A DNA stretch of 64,000 nt from a virus: positions 1 through 64,000 of IMG/VR virus record IMGVR_UViG_3300050019_000176. One strand, 5' to 3'. Below the pieces are notes generated by a model. The model saw only the letters and a list, made by a program, of their open reading frames with translations. It was not told the DNA's origin and did not search any database. A program made the translations under genes and the position numbers. Below are positions 27,501 to 36,595 of this stretch, in pieces. The number at the start of each line of letters is the position of its first letter. The stretch's first letter is position 1.

Positions 27501-28472
27501 CCATCCCCAGACGAAGTCTCAACGCTGTTTTCCTCACCAACCAATACGGAGTACGAAGGGTTCACCAGATCCACGCATTCCACGGCGACGTTCACCAAGG
27601 CCGACTCTACCATTTGGACTCGCAACGTTCGCATGATGGCGTTTAACGCGAGCTACCCGATCATCTATGTGGCCGATTCGTTCTCCGGGACCAGTGCGGC
27701 AGCAGCGAAGACGCTCACGTGGAACCTGATGGCCACCGGCGCAGTAACAACGCCCTCTGGCTCCGTGACGCCCACCGCTCGATTCAGCACGGGCTGTCAG
27801 TCACCGGCTGGAGCGCTCCCGTCCAACGGTACGATCTACAATCTGGGGTCCGGGCTCCAACCGTTCAGCTTCACGGGCTACACGTGGGCGCAACACGCTA
27901 CGGGTGGAATCAACTGGGATCTGCTGACGCTTTCCGCCGTGACCTCGCAGCAGTTCTTGATCGGTGATTGGGGACATGGATGTCACTCGGGGCGCGAGAC
28001 TGGCGAATACAGTACCGCCAACTCCGCATCGTTCGCGGAGAAGCAACACATCCTGCGGGTCCACGATACCGGACCGTTCACGACGATCATCCTGCCGTAC
28101 CGCAAGACCGAGACTCCCACGCGGACGATCACCAGCGAAACGTGCGGGACGCAGATCGTACAGGGCAGCGAGACAACGTGTTTTGACGGTGCCCACGCCA
28201 CCTGGACGGATCAGACGAACAGCAACTTGTCGGTGTACGACAACTCAACGCAGACGGCCTTCGGCACCACGGCGGTCGGTGGGCCACAAGAGGTAACCAT
28301 CACGCCATCTCAGATCGTGTGGACGATCAGCGGGGCGGCATCGGGCGACCGGAGCCTGACATTGACGGGCACCTGGACGCCAACGCCATCGGTGCCGAAG
28401 GTTGGCGGGACGTACACATACACATTTGCGGGTGGATTGCAGGCCGCGCCTGTGACCATTACGTTCAATTGA
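24558..28472 (+). CDS. Large exported protein with a heparinase II/III-like polysaccharide lyase region
   Basis: 1304 aa; signal-like N terminus; helical region then GGHRHYDDGQVSIY (HxHxD). Confidence 0.6.
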   Translation: MKRLLIFCLAASTFYGQGIISGGRVTSAGTAPVGIPTLATFNLTDLFNAAWPDQPIEFRYDGGLPPSGTTRMVVGGTEVPYQWASTCADPNATSGCIVVRGALAANANSTWTLQAKSVPLSSPTNPAVVATVGNNLEVTNGLTGVRIVTAAANGTPWNKAPIQGILLADATTWTGAGGSPNLLYSEPSNQAGNVGWPLRTPMYAATGYSAAVTDAGPLKVVVTATYTFNRPQYSYGAVIINTAGAGHYTAVITLYANSKSILIDEDSDMQFAYYLPMYAQLTPDIARWRGHDSLSGAGVSDSMCGYESADAVSGATNATPIVVSAPSSLSNGQPVLIASVGGNTAANGKFYAKTTSYSAGQFALYSDANLTVPIAGTGNFTSGGVVKPAYRGQTLYPTPDAYLDLTYSGDRPASYTCSGTDLSGPTYKKLLTDYPAAAHSSGWYSILYNSTGNSASPVVGFYTGRASQQVRSAPGPSMPGIYTSNSHWITSSQDAGIQIDNLLRGPDATLAPLVHRNWAIWVSTKADLLAPAAHQPIADDQNSLTGINLSRLYTYQLAFPDPATGWNWQYLTSAAASQLVGWVRDGTSKCGSTTCYYTLLYNSETSTWGRGLLDMWKGNSSAAVQTMLNAATTFGQRMVNNFTSGDNHFDAALHYYQLGLTTSPATAVLNAILMDSNSTVAQKRTAKACLALFGSVFWDNDWFPIDNASGESVGLANQIQQYLQYRAQSAAVIPSNPFLATKLAQGKASVLSDLATEFSATGAAGASTHYQGTYFQPLYLNYQNLSLIGEETFAGSRWIPYAQWELSIQTPPEPRFGNLRKGYSNGDGNTEADVRTGMLATGINSVNPTLAGNLIWAWNQSNRAAMLTEDMQFVTTIPTIDVTITPVTPTLGSINIPGYHTAERHSFGTANETALWFINGGFYATGGHRHYDDGQVSIYAHAAPLAIDWNANLYSPDTPGRFMHDSIVYDSERIPAWSDDNPSPDEVSTLFSSPTNTEYEGFTRSTHSTATFTKADSTIWTRNVRMMAFNASYPIIYVADSFSGTSAAAAKTLTWNLMATGAVTTPSGSVTPTARFSTGCQSPAGALPSNGTIYNLGSGLQPFSFTGYTWAQHATGGINWDLLTLSAVTSQQFLIGDWGHGCHSGRETGEYSTANSASFAEKQHILRVHDTGPFTTIILPYRKTETPTRTITSETCGTQIVQGSETTCFDGAHATWTDQTNSNLSVYDNSTQTAFGTTAVGGPQEVTITPSQIVWTISGAASGDRSLTLTGTWTPTPSVPKVGGTYTYTFAGGLQAAPVTITFN

Positions 28473-28523
28473 GGGCCGCGCTGCCCAGCGGGGAATGGGC
28501 AGAATGGAAGTGAGGTAAAGACG

Positions 28524-30204
28524 ATGATTATCAGAGCAGCAGACGGAACACTCAGTTACACGAAGGCGGATGGCACGGTAGTCAGTGCCGGGATCTTCGA
28601 CGAAGCGAAGTACGCCCAACTGGAAGAGATGGAGACCGTGGAGTCGGGACAGGAACTTCTCAACCAAACCAACCTCAACAACTACAACCGCGACCTCGCC
28701 AATGCCCAGGAGTCGGTGGACACAGGTCGGTCGGCCATGGCACCCACAAAGCCGGTTAGGGGCGTCTTGAACTACGACACCGGGAAGATTGTCCCGGCGG
28801 ATTGGGTACCCCCACTGAAGGATCTGGTTCAGCCGGCCACGCCGAACGCGCCGAGCAGCGGACTGATCGCGGTGCCGACCGTCAATGAGGCGCACTTGAC
28901 GTACCTCATGGTCAAGGCGCTATACGCCAAACAGTTCCCTGGAGCGTAAACCAATGGGACTGCTTGACGGAACAGTGAAAGACCTCTCCTCCGAAGTTGT
29001 CACGCCCGCTCTGGACAAGGTTCGCACGGAGACTATCCCGGCACTGGGTTCGATGATCAACGCCGAGTTGACTGCCGCCATAGCCCAGACATCGAACGTC
29101 ATCCAGGGGGCCGAAATCGGGCTTCAGGCGACAGTGGACAGCGCACTGATGAAACTGTCACCGGTCATTGCGCTGGCGACCGCCTTCCAGCCCGTGGCCG
29201 CGGATATCCACGCGCTGCTGGCGAAGCTAAATGCTGGTGAGACGGTGGAGATCACCGTGCGTCTGGGAGGGAAGGCGTGAGACTCCTGCTAATCTCGCTC
29301 ATGGCATCTATCTGCCTTGCCCAGGCCCCCGCTCCCGTCACCCTTCCCGCCAACTGGGTGGGGGTGGGCGCGGGGTACACGGCGGGCGCCGTCCCGCCCG
29401 TCAACGGGTGGGCCAGTTATGCCACGCTGATCTCCACCAAAGGCCAAATCTACTCGTTCTCGTCCTACGACTTGATGGCCTCGGCGACCGCCCCACACAA
29501 TATCACTACCACTGCCCGAACAGGCTTCGCTACACTCTTGCGCACCTGGGGTCCAGTATACGTCCTCGGGTTCGGCACGGCCGGCGTAGCGGCCTCTGGG
29601 ACGGCGACCACCGGAGCATTCAGCGGCGGAGGCATCGCCGTCCTGAAGATTGGCAAGACCGCTTGGACAATCGAGGGCGGATGGCGCGTGGCCAAGACAC
29701 CGATGAACGGGACGCAGAACGTCTACGAATTCGGAACCGGGAGGACGTTCTAATGAAACCCGCGGCGTACTGTCACCATCCACCGTGGATGTGGTGTCCG
29801 GGATGCGATCCGAGGCGCGTCCTGGCCCCGCCGCCGAAGGCAAAACGATGAACTGGTACAAGCGAATTCAACCTGTGAGCGCACGGGATCTCGATGACCT
29901 GGAACGAAGGGTGAATAAAATTATGGCTACACAACAGGAACAAATCAACGCAATCGCAACCGAACTGTCCGCGACCAAACTGGTTGTGGACAAGACCGCA
30001 ACGAACGTATCCGTCATCAAAACCGGCATCGACAGCCTGAAGTTAAGCGTGGCGGACCTGCAACAGAAAGTGCTGGATCTGCAAGCGCAGAACCCGGCAT
30101 TGGACCTGACGGCCCTCCAGGCTGCGGCGAACGCCGTATCGGACGATGTGGCAGGCGTGGAGACGGCAACCGAATCGACGGTGGCCGACCTTCCGGTCGC
30201 GTAA
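28524..30204 (+). CDS. Hypothetical genes 28524-28949, 28954-29280, 29277-29753 (signal peptide, beta-rich), 29848-30204 (coiled coil)
   Basis: Tightly packed ORFs. Confidence 0.6.
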
Positions 30205-30215
30205 AAGAGGCAACC

Positions 30216-31855
30216 ATGTCGCCTATCCTGTATTTTCTCTGCGTTCTGACCCTGGTGCTGCTGTTCTTCGCGGCACTGGGGCAGACTTTCTGGTGGCGTC
30301 CCCAAGGCCAGCCATGGCACGGGAACGCCACCTTCGCTTGGGGCGTGTTCTTCCTTGCCGTCTACATCACGTGGCCGACACTCAAAGCGATGGGGGTGTA
30401 ATCGTGCTTCTTTTACTGATCGTGCTTCTTCTGTTGTTCGGCGTTCCCGGTTGGCGCTACGGCGGTCCAGGGATCAGCCTCGGTGCTATCGTGTTCATCC
30501 TGGTGATCTGGTGGCTGGTTATGGGGTTCCCCGGATACCCCGGCCACTACTATCACTGGTAAACCGGTATGGGTGACAGGGACTACGTTCAGCGGACGGT
30601 GGCGGTGACCACCGTCTGCGCGCTGTTGTTGGCCAGTGTGTCTGGCGGCCTGATCATGGCGCAAAATAAAGCCGAGATCAGCGCCGCCGACCTCAAGGAT
30701 CGGATGGTTCTGATGCAGAAGACCATCGACGATGGAAAGGCAGAGCGCGCCCGTATGACTGCGGAACTGGCCAAGGCGAACGCAGCCGCAGCGAGGAATA
30801 CGCAGACTCTGCGGAGTGTGGAGGGTATCACCGTAGCAATGAAGGGTGAGGTACTAGCCCGTCAACAGGCCGACGCGCAGGCGAAGCAGGAGCAACTTGT
30901 AAAAGATACAGCAGCCGCCGCATTGGCAGCGAAGAGTGCGGCGGATTCCACGCATTCCCAAAATGCCGCGCTCCTGATCGTCCAGAGTTTCATGCTTCTG
31001 ACGCTCATCATCACCATCGGGGAGAGACTCTGGAACCGCAGAGACGAGCGCCACACTAGGGAGGTCAACCATCAGTGGCAGGTGGCGGCGACGGATCGTG
31101 AAAAAAATATCGTGACAGGTATTGGGCAGATCCATACGCTGGTGAATAGCGGTTACACGCTGGTGTTGGAGAACACCCTGAAAGCGTTCAAGGCCACACT
31201 GGTGTCGTTGCAGAGCAATCTTTCCCTACTCAAGGCTGCGTCTGGCTCAAGCGCCGAAGACATCGGTTCGGTAACGATGCAAATAGGAGACACTTGGACG
31301 AACATCGCTGATCTGACAAAGCAACTAGCGGAACGACAACAGCAGACAGACGATGCGGCAACCAGGCTGGAGATCGACAAGAAAAATATCGAGAACCACG
31401 CACCATTGGTGGTGAATTAAGTTGAGATATTGGGAGAAATCCCGTGAGACGTTTTACGTCAATTTACGTCAATGACTTTTACCCGCGTTAAAATCTTGGC
31501 ATTGTCCGGATCTCTGATCTGGATGGGACTGGCGTTTTCCCAGTCAACGAGAAACTCCCTAAGTACTCAGGATCGTATTCAGGATCTCAACGATAAACTC
31601 CAGGATCATCTAGTGACTGCCGAAGGCAAGATCGCCGAAGTGTCCGACCTGCAACGTAGGGTGAACATCATAGAGGCTGGAGCCAGGGCAGACCGGCTGG
31701 ATGCCCGCGTGGCGCGCATAGAATCCAACGTAGAAAGCCTTCACTCGATGTTCTGGGGAATCCTGATTCCTGTTATGCTGATGGGGGCTGAGGCGATCAT
31801 GCGGTTGATCGTAGCGGCACAGTCGGCCACAAAAAAACGGCTCGGCTCGGGGTGA
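30216..31855 (+). CDS. Membrane/coiled-coil genes, candidate lysis or holin module (30216-30401, about 30401-30562, 30569-31420, 31472-31855)
   Basis: Each has 1-2 hydrophobic segments. Confidence 0.5.
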
Positions 31856-31859
31856 TGTC

Positions 31860-32270
31860 TTGGACAAGACATTGGACATTTTCGAAGACGTCGAGACACT
31901 TCCAGCCATTTCCCCTACGGCCGAACCACCGGCCAAGAAGAAGCGCTGGTCCCGGAAGAGTCTGCAACGGGAACTGGACTCCAGGACCGCGGAGAAACTC
32001 CCTGATGTCCTCGATGCCGCACTCAGCAAGGCACTGACGCTCATCAATGGCAACAACGAGAAGGCGGCCACCGCCCTGATCAGCGTGGTGTTCGAAGCCG
32101 CTGGGTTGAAGCAGCGCACCGGGATGACGGTGAACGTGCAGCAGAACAACTCCAATGGCGTCGGCGCTGGCACTAACTTCCGATCTATCGACTCCATCAT
32201 CCGGGCGCGGGAGCAGGCAGCGCAGAGAGCCTCGGAGCAGATCATCGATGTGACCCCGGAGAGGAGGTAG
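31860..32270 (+). CDS. Putative terminase small subunit
   Basis: Helical protein immediately upstream of the large terminase. Confidence 0.5.
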   Translation: MDKTLDIFEDVETLPAISPTAEPPAKKKRWSRKSLQRELDSRTAEKLPDVLDAALSKALTLINGNNEKAATALISVVFEAAGLKQRTGMTVNVQQNNSNGVGAGTNFRSIDSIIRAREQAAQRASEQIIDVTPERR

Positions 32271-32274
32271 ACCC

Positions 32275-34500
32275 TTGGGCTCGATCGTCACCCCGCGCGG
32301 CCCGCTGATCAAGGTCGCCCAGTACATCCCCGCCGGCCGAGATCTGGAAGTCTACTCCCGCCTCGAATACTTCGACCAACCAAACCTAAAAAACCAGTGG
32401 GACCGCCTATCTAAGAAGGACCTGAATTGGATCGACGAAGAGGTTGGCCGTATCCAGGACGGGTTCAAGGGGTTCGTCTACGCTGCCCGCAACTACTTCT
32501 GGATCAAAACCAAGAAACAGGGAGAACAGTTATTCTCCCTGTGGCCGTCACAGGAACTGCTGCTCGAAGTATTGACCGAGATGCGGAACAAGGGCCTTCC
32601 GCAGAAGGTCATGATCATCAAGTCTCGGAAACTCGGGTATTCCACGCTCATCGAAGCGCTGCTTGCTTGGCGGACGATGTTTTTCACCAACCAGGAGGGC
32701 ATGGTGGTCTCGTTCGACCCGGAGAGTGCCGCCTACCTGTTCGGCATCATGCAGTTGATCTATGACCGGATGCCGTGGTTCCTGAAACCCATGTGCTCGT
32801 CTCGCGAGTTCAAGGAAGGGCTGAAGTTCGAGAACCCCAACTACAAGGGCCGCGGCGATGACCCCGGGCTAAACTCTCTGATCACCGTCCAGGGAGCCAA
32901 CAAGAAGACCGGTATCGGACAGGGAATGACACTTTCTGGCGTGCATTTTTCGGAATTCTGTGATGTAGATGACAAGCAATGCAAGCAGATTATCCAGGAA
33001 GATATGGGTAACGCTCTCGGGCAAGGGCCGGGAGTATTCGCTATCCTCGAATCGACGGCGAAGGGTGCTGGCAGGTATGCCCACTGGCTCTGGATGAAGA
33101 TGTGCGAGTTGGGAGAGAGGGCGGACTGGCGACCGGAGTTCTTCCCGTCCTTCTTCGATGCTGAGAATTTCCTGGCACCTCCCGGAGGGTGGCAACCGGA
33201 GGACAATGAGGCCGGCATCCGCGCCCAGGCGGCGCAGGAGTGGGTGCGTTGCAATGCCGCAGACTGTCTGCGGTATCAGCGCCGCTACCTGTCCGGGGAA
33301 GACCGCAACCAGACGACGTGCCCATCGTGCGGCGTCGGTGTACTCCAGGACCTGCTAGTGACCAACGGGTTCCTATACTGGATGGAGCGGAAGCGCAAGA
33401 ACGCCGAAGGGGATGCCGAGTCGTTATCACTACTTTGGCAAGAACAAGCTGTCACCGCAAGTGATGCGTTTGTGGTGAGTGGCAACCCGGTTTTCCCTGC
33501 CGAAGCGCAGAAGTGGGCGGCGTCGAAGTGCACTGACAACTACGTCGAGGTCTTCATCTCCGCTGACGGGCACTTCCACGGTGTGCACCCCAAGCACAAT
33601 CATTGTATCGATGCTGACTGCGAGGAAGACCACAGTTTCGACCGGCGCCCCATCAAACTGTATGAGTTGCCGATCCCCGGTGCGCGGTACGTCTGCGGGG
33701 GAGATCCATCCCACGGGAACGGCGGCGAGGCCGACTACTTCGTGGGTTCAGTGATTCGAGTGCCATCGCAGGGTGCCGATATCCAGGTAGCCGTCGCCCG
33801 GGCGAACGACATCGACCCGACGGATCAGGCGATGATACTGAACTACTTGGGGCGTCACTACAACGATGCGTTGATGGCGGTGGAAGCAAACAAGTTGGAT
33901 GTCGTCGCCAGCGATCTTCGGACGAAGTGGAACTACCCTAACCTGTACAAGGAGCGAAACCGGTCCACCGGCCAGCCGACTGGCAGGTTCTGCTGGATCA
34001 CCGATGAAAAGAGTAAGCCGGCGATCTACCTGCACATGAAGCGGTGGCTTCGCCTGCACCTGTTCGAACCGCGGTCCCGCAACTTCGCCGAGGAGATGAA
34101 GTTCTTCCGGAAGGAGGATACTGAATCAGACAAGGCCGGCGCGATCCGGAAGTTCAAAGACGACGAGGTGATGGCGTCGTGTGTGGCTCTGTACGTTGCC
34201 CACTCCGACGACTGGGATGAGAACCTGGGGATGATCCGGATTCAGCAGGCGATCACCAACGAGAACTGCACTTGGCACATGTCGTGTGATGCCTGCGGTT
34301 TCCATTGGCCTTCCAACGACATTGCGGCGGAGAAAGCCTGTGGACAGTGTGGGTCGATGTGTTTCTCGGCGCGGCAGAACCCCGAGTACAAGAAGCCGGA
34401 GGAGGAGCCCGCTGAGGAGGACTTCTTTGCGGAGTTGAACCGAATGCTCAAGACGACAGACGACACCGACCCCAACAACCCGGACTACGCTCTACTCTGA
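32275..34500 (+). CDS. terL: Terminase large subunit
   Basis: IIKSRKLGYST Walker A, VHFSEF Walker B, ESTA motif, CGGDPS nuclease, KDDEVMA. Confidence 0.92.
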   Translation: MGSIVTPRGPLIKVAQYIPAGRDLEVYSRLEYFDQPNLKNQWDRLSKKDLNWIDEEVGRIQDGFKGFVYAARNYFWIKTKKQGEQLFSLWPSQELLLEVLTEMRNKGLPQKVMIIKSRKLGYSTLIEALLAWRTMFFTNQEGMVVSFDPESAAYLFGIMQLIYDRMPWFLKPMCSSREFKEGLKFENPNYKGRGDDPGLNSLITVQGANKKTGIGQGMTLSGVHFSEFCDVDDKQCKQIIQEDMGNALGQGPGVFAILESTAKGAGRYAHWLWMKMCELGERADWRPEFFPSFFDAENFLAPPGGWQPEDNEAGIRAQAAQEWVRCNAADCLRYQRRYLSGEDRNQTTCPSCGVGVLQDLLVTNGFLYWMERKRKNAEGDAESLSLLWQEQAVTASDAFVVSGNPVFPAEAQKWAASKCTDNYVEVFISADGHFHGVHPKHNHCIDADCEEDHSFDRRPIKLYELPIPGARYVCGGDPSHGNGGEADYFVGSVIRVPSQGADIQVAVARANDIDPTDQAMILNYLGRHYNDALMAVEANKLDVVASDLRTKWNYPNLYKERNRSTGQPTGRFCWITDEKSKPAIYLHMKRWLRLHLFEPRSRNFAEEMKFFRKEDTESDKAGAIRKFKDDEVMASCVALYVAHSDDWDENLGMIRIQQAITNENCTWHMSCDACGFHWPSNDIAAEKACGQCGSMCFSARQNPEYKKPEEEPAEEDFFAELNRMLKTTDDTDPNNPDYALL

Positions 34501-34785
34501 GGTGTCCAAATGTCCAATGTCTTGTGTAAGACATTGGCGCTTCTTCATGATCCGGAGCACCAGATCTTGTGGAGAAACTTCAAACGCTCCAGATGCCACA
34601 GCCTTGGTGCGCTTAGAAAGGCAGATATCGAAGTGCTCCCATGGGGTTCCGGCCTTCTGTATCCACTTCCTCTGGACGCCGATTCGGTCCACCATAGATA
34701 ATAATTCATCTCTGGTGTCGGCGATCATGTGGCACATCACCATCCGGCCAAAGGAAGCACCGTAATTATCCACGTATACGGACAA
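34492..34785 (-). CDS. DUF4031-like protein
   Basis: MSVYVD..MCHMIADTRDELL..RIGVQRKWIQ..HFDI. Confidence 0.75.
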   Translation of the reverse strand: MSVYVDNYGASFGRMVMCHMIADTRDELLSMVDRIGVQRKWIQKAGTPWEHFDICLSKRTKAVASGAFEVSPQDLVLRIMKKRQCLTQDIGHLDTSE

Positions 34786-34786
34786 T

Positions 34787-35239
34787 TCACTTCTCCCTCG
34801 GTGCCTTCTTGTCCTTGAACCCAGCCTCTCGGCACCATAGGAGAATTGCAGCGATGGTGGTGACCGACCGCTCCTCGTGCTTCATGGCCTCGTCTTGCGC
34901 TTGGGAGTTCTCGAAGGTAGGCGGACCCCACATCCGCATCTCGTTCAGGAGTACGTGGCAGATCTCGTGCCTAACGATGCGGTCCAGTTCCGAGTCGCAA
35001 TTGCAGGAAATCGCGTCCAGATTCCAATGGAAGCAGACCGTATAATACTCCCAGGACACCGAAGCACGGGCGGTTGTCTCCGTGTTGGCATCGTTTCGGT
35101 TCCCGCTATCGGCACCGGCGGTTCCATCCCGGTGCCACATGTGGGTTACGATCCATGAACCCATGCCAGTAGGCGAACTCCATTTGGCGTAGAATTTTAG
35201 GACGCGGGCTCGCTGGATTCGGAATTCTTTATCCGTCAT
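34787..35239 (-). CDS. Zinc metallopeptidase-like protein (HExxH)
   Basis: IVRHEICHVLL..HEE. Confidence 0.6.
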   Translation of the reverse strand: MTDKEFRIQRARVLKFYAKWSSPTGMGSWIVTHMWHRDGTAGADSGNRNDANTETTARASVSWEYYTVCFHWNLDAISCNCDSELDRIVRHEICHVLLNEMRMWGPPTFENSQAQDEAMKHEERSVTTIAAILLWCREAGFKDKKAPREK

Positions 35240-35347
35240 ACCTTCATTATCCACCGAATATTCTGGGTGATACCCACCTTTCGCTGCCCCACCTCGGCCA
35301 CGAACTTGTTGTCCGGCCAACCACTTCGCGTCAAAATAGAGGTAGCT

Positions 35348-35926
35348 ATGGCAACCAAGCAGGATACCGTCAATTTCAACCTTCCCCTCGATCTACCCAA
35401 GGGTGACTTCGAGGCGATAGCCAAAATCTCCAAAAGCGATGCCATCACCACCCTGAAATCCTGGGTTCCTTGGTGGCTGAAGAACCACCTCGGCGGTGGC
35501 ATCATGCTCCAGCCAGAGCATGTGACCTACCTCAACAAGCTGAAACCGGACGGCACGGCCTTCCGGGAGGCTACCGAGATCGTGAAGTGCGTCGAGAAGG
35601 CGTTGGGCCGGGAGGAAGGCCAATTCACCTTCCAGGTGGCCGTCGACCCGGCGCGGATTCCGGGCATCGAGCAGCGGGCGAAGGAGTGCTCCGTCGAGCC
35701 GCTCGACCTGATTCAGCGGGCGATCATGATCGCGCTGACGCACCCCGACCTGATGAATATCGCTTCCTCCATGGACCAGTCGCTGATTTTCGACAGGGAC
35801 CAGTATCGAGAACTGGCGAAGCTGACTGGGACCGGGACGCCCTTCGGGGCGGACGTCCTGGCGGCGCTCCGTAAGTTGGTGCCGGCCGAGGCCGACCAAC
35901 CGGAGCCTGCCGGGACGAAGGGGTGA
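35348..35926 (+). CDS. Hypothetical protein
   Basis: ORF with GAGGT RBS. Confidence 0.6.
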   Translation: MATKQDTVNFNLPLDLPKGDFEAIAKISKSDAITTLKSWVPWWLKNHLGGGIMLQPEHVTYLNKLKPDGTAFREATEIVKCVEKALGREEGQFTFQVAVDPARIPGIEQRAKECSVEPLDLIQRAIMIALTHPDLMNIASSMDQSLIFDRDQYRELAKLTGTGTPFGADVLAALRKLVPAEADQPEPAGTKG

Positions 35927-35929
35927 GCA

Positions 35930-36355
35930 ATGCCGATTTTCGAATTGGTCTGTCGCTCGGCACCAACCTGCCCGAACTACGGCAAGGTGGAGGAGGTGCT
36001 TCAGCACTTCGATGCGCAGGACCCGTTCTGCCCGGAATGCGGCATCCAGATGAAGCGGCGGATCAGTGCTCCGCACGTCATCTGGACTAGACCGCTCGCC
36101 GCCTATGGTGATCCAAAAAAAGAGACTTATGAAAAAGATCTTCGTCGCGGGGGGCACTGGGTTGCGCGTAAGCGGAGCGGTGGAGGAACGCCAGAAAATC
36201 CCAAGTTCGAGTTGATTCGGACACGGCAAGACCAAATCGCTTATTGCAAATCCGAGGGCCTAAGCGACCCTACTGATTTTTCCCCCAACGTGCGGGTTTC
36301 GCAGGACGGAAAGTCGTTCTCTTCTGGCGTTGGTGAACCAGGATGTTGGACGTGA
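35930..36355 (+). CDS. FmdB-like zinc-ribbon protein
   Basis: MPIFELVC..C..CPECG..MKRRIS. Confidence 0.75.
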   Translation: MPIFELVCRSAPTCPNYGKVEEVLQHFDAQDPFCPECGIQMKRRISAPHVIWTRPLAAYGDPKKETYEKDLRRGGHWVARKRSGGGTPENPKFELIRTRQDQIAYCKSEGLSDPTDFSPNVRVSQDGKSFSSGVGEPGCWT

Positions 36356-36595
36356 AGGGAGTTGTGATGAAGCCATCTTTGTGCAGGTGTGTCATTTTCT
36401 GCGAGAAGCGCGACGGTGCTCGGGCCGGTATGGAGTCCGCCGCCATCATTCACGGCGTCGGTGACATGACCGTCGATCTCACGGTATTCGGGCCTGGGTA
36501 TGGGGCGCCGCGCATGATCTGCGACGTGCTCTACAACGAAGACGGGAAACCGGGGACCTGGCACTGGCCGGTGAAGGTCTAACGAGGTCTAAACT

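Noticed and set aside
30216-31855. Definite lysis cassette
   Set aside because: Membrane proteins are present but no endolysin could be recognised in the window
32275-34500. Intein in the terminase
   Set aside because: No recognisable intein N- or C-terminal splicing motifs; extra length is due to zinc modules
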